NCBI GenBank assembly: GCA_012295275.1
Contig: CM022679.1
Span: forward strand, 23,126,001-23,190,000
Source of the DNA: Chrysomallon squamiferum
Taxonomy: Eukaryota > Animalia > Mollusca
Direction of reading: 5' to 3'
DNA: 64,000 nt
Part shown: piece after piece, positions 1-12,006 of the stretch
Numbering within the stretch: position 1 is the stretch's first letter
How the letters are laid out: each line of letters begins with the position of its first letter
The notes under the pieces: model-generated
Told to the model about the DNA's origin: nothing
The model's database searches: none
What the model saw: the letters and a program-made list of their open reading frames with translations, nothing else
Made by a program: the position numbers and the translations under genes

Positions 1-88
1 TATATTAAATCATTATCAAATATCCCAGGTTAAAATGTGTTTCACTACGTATTCTCCAACTTTCTCTAGTATCAGAAGTATGTTTAAT

Positions 89-335
89 ATGGAAGTTATT
101 CATAGCAATAAGGGTGGTTACAAAATCTGTTATGAGGGGTTCATGTATACTGCGATAGAATATTTTTCGTGATATCGAGTGAAACATCGACCTAAACCAT
201 CAACATTAAAATCAAAGAAAAAATAACAAAAAATTCTGTTTAATCTATCTTTCTTTACCAGTATATTTCTTTTTTAAAAACTGTGACTTTTCCCTGTTGT
301 TTTTTTCTTTTTTCCTGTGACTTTTTCCTAGATTC
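89..335 (+). mobile_element. Remnant of Mutator-like (MULE) element: FLYWCH-like N-terminal transposase fragment plus terminal repeat-like end
   Basis: ATG at 89 reads MEVIHSNKGGYKICYEGFMYT then stop, resembling the S-x-K-G...G-F/Y-x-Y start of FLYWCH domains. Followed by the GTGACTTTTTCC(TGTGACTTTTTCC)TAGATTC motif at ~283-335, which recurs at ~14430-14501, ~16020-16091 and ~16360-16393. Confidence 0.4.
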
Positions 336-716
336 GTGCTTTTCACGTTTCTGATATTTTTAGTGAAACAGTAAATTTAATGTGTGAATTACAACATATA
401 CTAATAACTGTATCAAAAGTCTGAATGCGTGATAGTGGTATTTTGTTTACTTATCACCAACTTTATAACAGGAAGGTTTTGACTTAATTGTATAAGTACT
501 AGCAATAAAAATATATCATTTTTAAATCAACTGTGTTGTGAATTTCACTTTTATGTACATAGCAATTTACGTATATTTTATGAACTAAGAGAAATTCAAG
601 CTGATCATGCTATAGGATTGGTTAAAAAAAAGAAAAAGAAATACATGAAGAGGTTTTCTTAGAACGATCATAACTGTGTTTACCTAAGATGAATGTTAAC
701 TCAGTGTGATGGTGGT

Positions 717-765
<49 letters not shown>

Positions 766-991
766 TGACTTACACAGCTAATTCAAATCAGCTAACAGCC
801 ACTATGAACTATAATACATAGATTCAAACGAGATAATCTGGACATTAATAGAAGTTAAATTCTTCAGCAATAATACTGATTATATGCAATTACTAATAAA
901 TACTTCAGTGAAATATCCAAAACACTTATTTTTATTTATTTAACATAGCATGTACTATCATTTATGTAATCTAAAATAATCACACACACAC

Positions 992-1024
<33 letters not shown>

Positions 1025-1050
1025 CACACACGAATTAATTAAAAAAATAA

Positions 1051-1081
<31 letters not shown>

Positions 1082-1707
1082 TGAATAAATAAATAAAAAG
1101 GACATTTTAGAAAATCGGTGAGATTTATTTTTAATGTAAATTAAACATGCTTAATAATCAGTTGAAGTATAAAAAGTCATATAAAATAGATAAAATACAC
1201 TTAGAAGTGTTGATTTGTCAAATATCACTATATAGACTATTTTGTATTTTCCAAAAATTTCAATTTCTCTCTTTTTTTTGTTTTGGTTAAATGCTCCATA
1301 TATGTTACATGCATGGTACACGTTCTCATACAGTATAAATAAAGATTTGAACGAAATTAATATTGATTTTTATACCTGCTGAAACAACAGTTTAGATTTT
1401 TGTATCAAAACTTGGTATTGCTGCTATTAGAAAAGTAAGAACAAAGGAAAAAATTTCAAGCTATATACTTAATTAATAAAATTTAGTTAATTAATTATTT
1501 TATTAAATACTTGCGACTAAATATTAAACAATTTATTTTTATTTAATTAATTTTTGTTTCTTATTTTTGTGCTGCTGTTGTCGGTGGTGAAGTTGTTGAT
1601 ACAGTATTGTAGTTGTATAATAAAGTCAGTTAGTTTAAAACGTACCTTTACTAGTATCAGGATATTGTGATATTTATTTATTTAAATTGTTGTTGTTGTT
1701 GTTGTTA

Positions 1708-1755
<48 letters not shown>

Positions 1756-2068
1756 TAGTGTATTATTATTATTATTGTTACTGTTACTGTTATTGCTATT
1801 ATTATTATTATTATTATTATTTTACATTTCTGTATAAGACGTAACTGCCTTCGAGTGAACTGGAGTTGTTTTTCTGTTATCATATTTTATTATTGACTCA
1901 GGACAATCATGTCTACGAATTTTTAATTACACATGTTCATGAGAAACAGAATATATTACAGCATTGTCTAGTAAGACAGTCTCTTGCAAATTTACGGGAA
2001 ACAAAGGTTTACGAGATTTAGATACAGATATACATGCAAGACCTGACAGTACAGAACACACATTACAC

Positions 2069-2390
2069 CAGGGGTTTTCAAACTGTGGTCCGCAAGTACA
2101 AGACAGGGGGTCCGTGGACAGCGAATACTTTTTATGGGCAGTTTGATTTTATATATGTTTTTTAATCGAAATCTTTTTTCTTATATTTGTAAATGTGAGC
2201 GCATGAAATAACAGGTAAATAATTTTGTAATATATCCTAAAAGTACCATCGATTAAAACATTAAATGTAAAAATATATGTTATTTTAAGCAAATATTTAT
2301 TATAAATTTCACAAGCATTTATAAGGGGGTCCCTAAGGTAAAGCCTGAAATATAAAGGGGTCCGCAAGTCAAAAAGTTTGAAAACCCCTG
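2069..2390. mobile_element. hAT-type MITE
   Basis: TIRs CAGGGGTTTTCAAACT ... AGTTTGAAAACCCCTG flanked by a perfect 8-bp TSD CATTACAC (2061-2068 and 2391-2398). Confidence 0.9.
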
Positions 2391-3489
2391 CATTACACTA
2401 TCATGTCAGAATGTTTATCTCTCAAATCACAAGACGTCCACATTAACATAATAGGTAATAAACATATACAGCGGTGTATTCAAAGTAATAACAAAGGTAA
2501 TGGCTGGTGTTCAGTCGAGTGTTTATTCACTGGTAGATAATAAAAACACTCATAAACACACCTGCGAGACAGTTGTTCTTAATTATTGTACACACTGAGA
2601 AAGCTTCAGGAGTCCAGCCACAGGTCAGTTTTGCGTTATTTTTAACATGTCGATATGTCTGAACTGTGTTTTACAGAAATTATGTGATTAGGAATTGAGG
2701 TAAGTTTTTAAACATTATAATAACTGTTTTAATAATCATAAATATTTTGATACTTTTCAAATTTATGAAACTTATTTTAACTTTACTTCCTTGTCTAACT
2801 TTGTATAAGTTTCATAGCAAATGTTGAAGCTTTTCTAGGCGATTTTATTATTCAATACAAACACTTACGTAAAAAGCACATTGGATTTAGTTGAAATAGA
2901 TGAATAACAGGACCAATATTTGAAATAAAAATTACGTTTTAACATACGTAGGAAAATATAGAACTTGACTTTCTTTTTGCATTTGTTACGAGCGACAATG
3001 AAAAGGTCACAAATATTCAGCTCTTGTATCGTCCATTTCTTGAATATCTTTCTCAATAATTGTTAGAAGTGTACAGAGTAAGTTTTAAGTTTTGTTTCCA
3101 ACATTACAACACATTTCTGTGTTTTCCTTCGAGAAACTGAAACCTCAGTTGTTTAAAATAGAAAGGTTACTACGCCTGACTAGATTTAAGTGAAAAATTT
3201 GTAAATATATATAAAATATTTTGACTTGTTTTTATTACATTAAAAAAGTATAGATATCGATTTTCATTTTGTTAAATAATTAATTAATGAATTTATTTAT
3301 TTGTAGTAAATTATATTAATATTACAACTGAATACGTCATTTAAACTTTCTTGTACAGTACTTCCATTTGTGATTTTGTGCTTGAATAAACGAACCCAGA
3401 TTTAAAACAACATTTTCTAAAAGTATCGTCACGGTGAATAGTCTGAGTGGTATTAATACAGTAAGGTTGGCTCGTCCCGTCTAAAGGGC

Positions 3490-3981
3490 AGCAGACTATA
3501 ATAGCGTCACGTGACAAGGTGTTAATTATCTGAGACAGCTTGAACTACTAAATGACTATTCTGCTTCCGCTAGAGAACAATAGCGCAAACAAGAATTGAA
3601 TATGGGTAATTGTTTTATATTTGACATAGATTAACCATCAAAGGTAACATATAATTAATTCGTACGATTCGAGCGATACAATGTAAAAGATTTAAATGAT
3701 ACAATATAAAAGCAAATAGCTTTGAAAGATAGTCTAAACTAATTAAGTCCAGTTGGTTACTTTAACTTTTAGATATTAAAATAAATTGTCTTAGTTTGTT
3801 ACTTAGTTTTCAAACGGTAGTACATCTCACAGAATAGCTCATTAAATTATCCAACAGAAATAGTCTTGGCTATCTTCTATCAGTCAACATGTAAGTTACA
3901 TTAAAAAAACATTTAAACTATAATTACCGTTGCCTGAGTGATCCTTTGTCTTGAGTTCACGTCCCTCAGACAATGTGTCGC
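3490..3981 (+). mobile_element. Dispersed repeat / transposon end, inverted copy of ~6495-6774
   Basis: AGCAGACTATAATAGCGTCACGTGACAAGG... is the reverse complement of 6774 backwards over about 280 aligned bp, with an extra ~190 bp insert in this copy. Confidence 0.65.
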
Positions 3982-4261
3982 TATTTAGATGTGAAATTAC
4001 GGTTCTCTCCCACGTAGCCTAAATACTAAAACATCTGCCTCCCACATGGCCGAAATGATGTTGGGATACCTCGACCAAATGTTTTGATAGTAAATTGGTA
4101 TTAAGGGCTCTGATCCGTGTTTTATATCAATTGAATATAGCTCAATAGATAGCAGTACATATGAGTAAATAGAATATCACAAAATAACTAGATGGCACTG
4201 AGTGAACAGATAGTCATGTACAGTTTAAAAGCCAACCAAGACCGAGCTACATCAGTCATCA

Positions 4262-4860
4262 TTGTTCATTGACAAGAAAGAGACCGCAATCCAAAATGCA
4301 TGCCCTGTACATCTGGCCCCGATTCGTATCTTCTTTGACTTTCAGTCAGCAGCATGGAACGGTGTTTCCAGGTTTCGAAATGAAAGGATGTTTTTTTCAC
4401 TACACCCAGTGTATCATCCGATACTCACGAGAATCATGCAAAGTAGCCATCCATTTTAGGGACAACGCTGATGTCCAGAGGTTTGTGCGACGTGCTGCTG
4501 TTCTCCCACTAGCACCGTTAGATCAACTGGATGACGTGTGGACGCTCTTGATCGTAGGCCATCAGATGTTCCCGACATTGACAAGTTTGCAGACTATGTA
4601 ACTGAACATTGGGCGACTACAGACAGCAGATCATTTTGGAACAACTCCGAAACCACTGGCCCACGTACAACAAACCATGTTGAAGGCTGGCACCAAGAAC
4701 TGAACAATCTAGTGAAGTCGCCACATTCAAACATTAATTAACAAACTGTTCACCACTATAAAGAACCTGCAGGCCAAAAACGAAACAGCAGTTATACAAC
4801 TTGCATCCACTGATCGACGGAAATGTAAGAAAAAGAAGTATCGTGACACTGAAAACAAAC
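4262..4860 (+). pseudogene. Frameshifted MULE (Mutator) transposase fragment
   Basis: Overlapping ORFs give DFQSAA / VFPGFEMKGCFFHYTQCIIR / AVLPLAPLDQLDDVW / FADYVTEHW / RTTNHVEGWHQELN, the typical MULE CxFH and RTNNxxEGWH motifs, split across frames. Confidence 0.85.
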
Positions 4861-5859
4861 TTCAAGTTCACAGTTTTGCAAGTGGGCTCTGTACATTCAA
4901 ATTATTTTACAGAATCAGTTTTTGTTATTGTGCCACTATTTAGATCAGTTTTATTCGTGTCAGAGTTGATTTTATGTATAATATCTAGGAAAACCCAAAT
5001 ATTCCAAATTGACCGCTATTTAATAGTGAGTGTATTCAAATAAAATAATATATAATAACTCTGATATAAATTAATATTAGTGTATTTCTACCATAGTATA
5101 CCAAAATATTACAAATATTTGTATTTGTATATCAGAAAATATTTCTCGATTTTTGAAGAATAAGTAATAAAAATGGAACTAATTTTAAAATAACAACATT
5201 TAGAAATTGTTTATTCAAATTTGAGTTGGTCTTACTAAGGCATAAGACATAGGAAGTTACTATACGAGACTGTTTGCCGTGTAAACAATGTACCTAGTAA
5301 TGCTATAAGAATGCTACAACTACTAATTGTTAGTGTATTTTATTTCTAAATATGAGCAAACTGGTAAATATTCCTAAGTGTCACTTGATATTCATTTATT
5401 GTCAGGATATTCCATCCTTCAGAACACTGTTGATTTATCCTCTAAAGATTAACTAAGAAGGTTTATATTCATGTTGACTTGTAGTTTGGGTACCTTACAA
5501 AATTTCCTTCAGTGGACAACTGGCTAATACAATAAGACTGGTGACTCAGTGTTCGAATGCGTCACCATTCTTTTCTGTTACTTTACCCTTTTTTTCTCGG
5601 TTGAATTGCGCACGAACAAGAAACAAAAAAGCGTGGCTGCAGTATTTTGAATATCTACTTTATCTCTGTATTCAATCTTACCACACGCTGTGGTTTATTT
5701 TGTATCTTACTGCAGAAAGCCTCGCTCGGTTTGTCATTCGAACACTCTTTAACAGACGCCTAAACACGTGTCATGATTCTAGTTGATTAGACTTAAACCT
5801 GATACTCAATATTTTACCTCGAACAAACATAAGAAAAATACAGTGTATTCAATAAAATG

Positions 5860-5926
5860 AATATAATATAATATAATATAATATAATATAATATAATATA
5901 ATATAATATAATATAATATAATATAA
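5860..5926. repeat. (AATAT)n microsatellite
   Basis: Direct inspection. Confidence 0.9.
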
Positions 5927-6168
5927 TAAAACACATCAATAAATAAATGAAAACAAACAAACAAATTAAAATGATTTATACGTATATACCAGAAAAGGCG
6001 AATATTTGGGTACGTTTAAAAGTAGGGCAAATATTATTGTGATGTTGCGGTGTGTGACCGAACCTCATTAGTGCCTCTTTGCCAGACTTGTTTTTGATGA
6101 TAATTGTTAATTCTATGTGGTGAATTATATAATAATCACAAAACACTTATTTTTATATGTCGATGTAA

Positions 6169-6774
6169 AGCAGAATGTCTGCTACATTTCATATTAGTAT
6201 ATTTTTATATTACGGTAATATTTATTTAGCTATCGTATACAATCATGTTTATAAATTCAAATTTTTATAGTTCTTCAATGCTGAGCTCGTTAATGTCAGA
6301 AAATTGCGGTAACTACACAAAAACTAAATAGCAGAGTATGCACACGTCCATGGGCTGTTTAGAAGCTGTTTTTATATAATTAAGGGAAGTTCCGTTATTT
6401 TATAAAGTAAGAATCACTGGGATTAACAAACTCAAAATTAGCATTAAAATTGCAAAGTAAATTGAGAAAGGCTGCCCGCGCGAGCTCCGTAACGTTGCGA
6501 AACTTTGTCTGATGGACGTGAACTCGAGACAAAAGACCACTCAGGCAATAGTAACTATCTATCAACGCTCTTTGCTTTTATATTGTATCGTTCGAATCGT
6601 ACGATTTAATTTTATGTTGCCATTGATTGTTAATTTATGTAAAATATAAAACAGTTACCCATATTTAATTCTTGCTTGCGTTATAATTTTCTAGTGGATA
6701 CAGATTAGTCATTTAGTAGTTAAAGCTGTCTCAGACCTTGAATACCTTGTCACGTGACGCTAATATAGTCTGCT
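6169..6774 (-). mobile_element. Non-autonomous element inserted into a duplicated segment
   Basis: Termini AGCAGAAT...AGTCTGCT. It interrupts ATGTCGAT|ATGT(C/T)TGA(A/G)CTGTG, which is contiguous in the paralogous segment at ~2647-2670. Homologous (inverted) to 3490-3981. Confidence 0.55.
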
Positions 6775-8589
6775 ATGTTTGAGCTGTGCTTTACAGAAAT
6801 AATGTGATTAGGAATTTGATAAACATTTAAAAAAAAGTTTTCTGTATCTAGTAATTTATACCTGTAAATATATATTTTTTAAATGTATGAAACTGATTTT
6901 AACATCACTTCTTTGTTTTCGTTTTCAAAGCTAATAAGGAAGCTTTTTGAACTAGTAATTAGGTTTTAACGTGTTTTACTATCTTCAGATAATAGGTAAA
7001 ACGACTTCTTTTATATTTAAATCAAGCGACAATTTTATATCTCCATACTTCTTCAGTATCGTTTTTAATAATTATTATGAGTAAACATTGCAAGTGTTTA
7101 GACAAATAATTAAAACGATTAGCATTCTTCGACTAATATTATAAAATATTTCCGTGCTCTTTCTTTCTTCTGTGTAACTGAAATTTGTAAGGCCCAAATA
7201 AATAAGCCAGCAAATAAACAAACAAATACAAATTAAAAAGATTTGGCGCTGAGATTATGAGCAATTCAAGGGTTTGCCAAGTTTATTTATATCATTAGTA
7301 CGTAGTGCCAGCAATTTTTTAAGATATGAATAAGTTTGATCTGTGCTTTACAGAAATAACGTGATTAGAAATTTAGGTAAATTGATAAACATTATCGTTT
7401 TTAATAATAATTATGAGTACACATAATAAGTTTTTAGACAAATATTTAAAATTATTAGCTTTCTTCAGCTAACGTTATAAAATATTTTCGTGTCATTCTT
7501 CTTCTTTTTTTTTGAAACCAAAACTTGTATGGACGAAAATATTTCCTGGAACGTTCGAAAACATAATTATTTACTTTTCAGTGTAATGGTAACTTTTATA
7601 ATGCAGCATAATGCTACGTTTCTTGTTTGAAACTGATTAAATCCTATTTACTAAAAAAGAAAGTTTTTGTTGTTGTTGTTGTTGTTGTTGTTTTATATAT
7701 TTATTGATCTTTTGTTATTATTATTTCTTGTTTTGTATGTTGTGGTTGTTTTTCTTTCTCTTTTCTCTGTAGCTGTTGATGAATTTAAAGAATCGAACGG
7801 CAGTATCGGGTTTATTATTATTATTACTATTTTTTATTTTTTTATTTTCATTATCATAGTACATGAGAATAGTTGTTAACATCGAAATAGTTGATAATAT
7901 TAAAATATTATACATCGAGCAAAACAAGGTAAGTTTTTTGATGAGTTATGATTTCCAGTAACTTTAAGGTTCTTGCAAGGTTTCACTTAAGTTTGTTTGT
8001 AGCTTGGTCCACAGTTCAGGGGTGAGCAGTGTGTAAAAATTAATCCACCAAGTTTATTAAGTTAGTGGGGACGAAGAAAGAAAGAAAGAGAGAAGAAAAA
8101 GAGAAAAAGAAAAGAATAAGAAGAAAAAATCCAGTAGATAGAAGAAGGGTGAGAAGAAAGAGAAGCTGAAAAGGGGGAGGGGAATTCAAAGGGGGACGAT
8201 AATGTGAATACAGAAATATTTCGAGAGGGGAGGGGGAGGTAGGCAGTTATCCCAAGAATAGAAGAAACCCAGTGTCTTAACCGCCCAAACACCACTGACC
8301 AAACGTCCTCGTATCTAATGACCGTGTTGTCGGCTGCCAAAGTTTTACAGAACTGAATGTCTACCTTGTAGCTGTACGAATAAATTATTTATTAAAATTC
8401 TCTTTAATTTCCACATCACAACTTCTAGTGTTAGTCGCTCAAGATCAAATCCTCAAAAGTCTTTATACAGTAAATATTACTTTATTTCTTGAGGTTAACA
8501 ATCAATATAGAATCAGTTTCGGTAGAAATTTAACACGTTCCAGTCTTTTATTAATAATTATACTAAAATTAAATTTTTTATTAATTCAG

Positions 8590-9430
8590 AAACAGTTAAA
8601 GTAGATGACAGAGTGAAAGACAGAGTCACAAACAGTGAAGGAATACAGAACCTTCGATCTATTTATAGAACAATCTCGTAAGTAACACGGATTTTTTTCT
8701 GATATTAAGCTGTGTTTCTTATTTATCTGTGTTGAGAAAAGTGTAGGTTTACTGACACATTGAAGGACTACGATGGCATACCTCTCGAATTTCATGGAAG
8801 GTATGTAATTAGAATGTTGTACGTTTACTAACACATCGTATAGCCCACTATCAGAATATCACAAAATAATGCGAACATAAAAGTACTGAAAAAAATACAT
8901 CCAGCAAAATAATATTTTAAATAGATTAACTTTAGCTGAACGGGACTTTGAAATGTTGCTGGATCATATAGAAATTCGGATTAGTCAGAAGAATAAAAAA
9001 AATATAAATATTTTATTTGATTTTATTCGCATAGCTGATGAGTTCCTTGTATCTAAGAAAAAAGAGTCGCGTACTTAGTGAAACAACAAGAAATACAAAA
9101 TTTTCAACTCGAGGTTTATTGTAGTTTTATTTCAGTACAATTTCTTCTTTTTATTATTATTACTGTTATTGTTATTGTTATTATTATTGTTGTCATTATC
9201 ATCATCATCATCATTATTATTGATATTATTATTATTGTTGTCATTATTATCATCATCATTATTATTATTATTGATATTATTATTATTATTATTACTGTTA
9301 TTGTTATTGTTATTGTTGTCATTATCATCATCATCATTATTATTATTATTATTGATATTATTATTATTGTTGTCATTATTATCAGCATCATTATTATTAT
9401 TATTATTGATATTATTATTATTATTATTGA

Positions 9431-9463
<33 letters not shown>

Positions 9464-9606
9464 TGATGTCTGAGGAATTCAGATGATATAAAAATTCAAA
9501 ATATTTTATTTTATTTTGTTCGCACAGTTGATGAATCAGTTGTTTCTGAAGGAAGAAGTGGCGTGCTTAGTGAAAATAATAAGAACCACAGAACTTGCAT
9601 CTGGAG
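8590..9606 (+). other. Candidate upstream (5' UTR or degenerate coding) exons of the IAP gene
   Basis: AG/GT-bounded blocks at 8590-8677, 8747-8800 (FTDTLKDYDGIPLEFHG, paralog of exon 11057-11091), 9035-9113 and 9528-9606 (two homologous 79-nt exons). Confidence 0.4.
9150..9462. repeat. Compound (TAT/TGT/CAT)n trinucleotide microsatellite
   Basis: Direct inspection; explains the poly-I and poly-L ORFs. Confidence 0.95.
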
Positions 9607-10066
9607 GTATATTCTAGTTTTATTCTATTACATTTTTTTTTTTTTATTTTATTTATTAAAGTACTTCCGCATGACAGTAGTTATTAACTACATTTGGTAT
9701 ACACTGCTAATGAATATTTATAATATATTTTTTGTAACAAAGTGATTTTCTCACTTCTTCGTTTCGTACTTCAGTAAAATTTACTTTGTGATAAGCGTAA
9801 AACTGTCGAAGTCCTATTTAGCAACGATTTCTCACTTGAACAGTTTCAATTTTTCTCTGTTGCCTGGGTTTTTTTTTTTTGTTCAGCAGGGCCCTGTTTA
9901 GGTTTAGTTTTTAAAACTGACAGTAAATGATTTATTCAATATTAACCTTTGTCTTTTCTCAATTTCTCATAATTCAGAAGCCGCAATAGCTGATAGAAAT
10001 GAAATAGAATCCTCAATAGTTGATATAAAGCAATCGGAAGCCGCAACTGTTGATATAAACCAGTAA

Positions 10067-10492
10067 ATGAGTCAGAAGCCGCAAATTGAAGGAAATGAAA
10101 CAGATGATGAAATTGTTGATGCAAATGAATCAGATGATGGAATAACCGATGGAAATGAAAGACAAGCCGGAAGTGTTAATGGAGATGAACCAGAAGCTGC
10201 AAGTATTGATGGAAATAATTCACAAGCTGTAGGAATTGCTGCCACTGTCAGATACAGTAGGGAGAAGGACCGATTTAAATTTAACTTAAAATCTGGTCTA
10301 AACCGATCTTGGTCAAGTCGTCTTGCAGCTGCTGGATTCTACTTCACTGGGACTGGTGATCGCGTTGTCTGCTTCAGCTGTGGTAAGAGCCATGATCAGT
10401 GGAGACGTGGAGATGATCCAATGGCAGTTCACAGACAAATCTCACCACGCTGCAGATTTGTCCTGGAAGAGGAAGAAAATGAACCCATGACG
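10067..10492 (+). CDS. IAP-family protein, BIR exon (gene 10067-10492, 11057-11091, 11660-11813; ~204 aa)
   Basis: RLAAAGFYFTGTGDRVVCFSC-x16-H-x6-C is the canonical BIR zinc motif. Acidic 10-aa repeats precede it. Phase-0 donor GTAAGT at 10493. Confidence 0.9.
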
Positions 10493-10876
10493 GTAAGTTA
10501 AAATGCTGAGAAGATAGTACAATAATTTCTGATTAGATGTCAGTTCAGTGTTACCAGTTTTGGAATCTGCTAGTCAGAGTTTTGTGAGCGCTGGTGATGT
10601 TGTATTTAGTGGTTCTGATGAAAGTTCTTCACAGCTTAGTGTCAGTAATTTAACATTTTATATTCTTTTGATAATAAGCCATTTTGATACTCTTTTGAAA
10701 TTATTTGACAATTCACCAGACATGTGAAGGGAGACAATTTTGTCGTTTTGATACAAGCAATGAATAAAAATGAAGATTTTTAGCTCTATCACGAAATTAT
10801 TAACCTTGTAAAAAACCATTAGTTTTATATTTTGTATTGCTAGGTTTTTGTGACATTATTATTATTATTATTATTA

Positions 10877-10914
<38 letters not shown>

Positions 10915-11056
10915 GTTATTATTATTATTGTTGTTGTTGTTGTTTTATAACTACTACTACTACTACTAATAATAGTATTAGAAATAGTAGTAGTGGAATT
11001 ATTGTTGTTATTGTTGTTGTTATTACTTTTCCAAATATATAATTAATATTTTGTAG

Positions 11057-11091
11057 GACTACGATGGCATACAGGCTGATCTGCATGGAAG
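11057..11091 (+). CDS. IAP linker micro-exon (DYDGIQADLHG)
   Basis: TTGTAG acceptor, GTATGT donor; phase 0 to phase 2 joins the BIR exon to the RING exon in frame. Confidence 0.7.
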
Positions 11092-11317
11092 GTATGTTAT
11101 TAGAAAATTGTAAGTTTACTAACACATCGCATGGCCCACTATCAGAATATAACAAAATAATGTGAACATAAAAACAGTGAATAATTTACATCCAGCAAAA
11201 TAATATTTTAAATAGATTAACGTTAGAGGAACGGGATTTTGAAATGTTGCCGGATCATACAGAAATCCGGAATAGTCTCACGATTTTATTCGCATAGTTG
11301 ATGAGTAACGTACATTG

Positions 11318-11357
<40 letters not shown>

Positions 11358-11659
11358 GCTGTTGTTGTTGTTGTTGTTGTTGTTGTTGATATTGTTGTTG
11401 TTATTATTAGATTCATAAAAGGTAGTAAAAGAGTCAAATTACTTTTATGATAGTCTACAAAATATTTGTTTCAATCTTTAGGTGTAGCAAAGTATGCACA
11501 TTATTATTATGTTCTTGTTGTTTTTATGTGTTGTCGTTTTTGTTGTTGTTGTTGTTGTTGTTTTTGTTGTTGTTTTTTTTTGTTTGTTTTCTTTACCTAA
11601 TTGTTTCAAAGTCTGTGCATTATAAGGTATTACAAAACTATTGTTTTATGATTTAACAG

Positions 11660-11813
11660 ATGGAAATGCATTGTATGTAAAGACAAGCGAGTCACAATCG
11701 TTTTCCTGCCCTGTGAACACGTTTGCTGCTGTGACGATTGTGCGTCCAGACAGCGACGTTGCCCAGATTGTGGAAGGATAATCCAGTCAACTCGTCCGAC
11801 TGTCCTCTTTTAA
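11660..11813 (+). CDS. IAP C-terminal RING finger exon
   Basis: TTAACAG acceptor, then WKCIVCKDKRVTIVFLPCEHVCCCDDCASRQRRCPDCGRIIQSTRPTVLF*, an IAP-type C3HC4 RING ending in a hydrophobic tail. Not in the ORF track (<60 aa). Confidence 0.9.
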
Positions 11814-11966
11814 AGATGACGATGTGATGAACTTTGAATCTCATGTAAAAAATGTACCAAAGAATTTGAATCGATTTTTTGAGTTTCACACTAACAATTT
11901 TAAATGCTGAAGTCCAATTTTCTAGTACAGTACTCAATAGTAACCGACTAATACAAAATACTTTTC

Positions 11967-12006
<40 letters not shown>

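Noticed and set aside
3132-3144. ISRE-like GAAACTGAAAC
   Set aside because: A single short motif in AT-rich DNA with no evidence for a nearby transcription start.
8062-8340. tRNA gene or tRNA-derived SINE on the minus strand, or a 92-aa ORF
   Set aside because: Only a vague A-box-like stretch, no B-box or cloverleaf; the rest is purine-rich low complexity.
9078-9486. Poly-Ile/poly-Leu ORFs as membrane proteins
   Set aside because: Translations of trinucleotide microsatellite.
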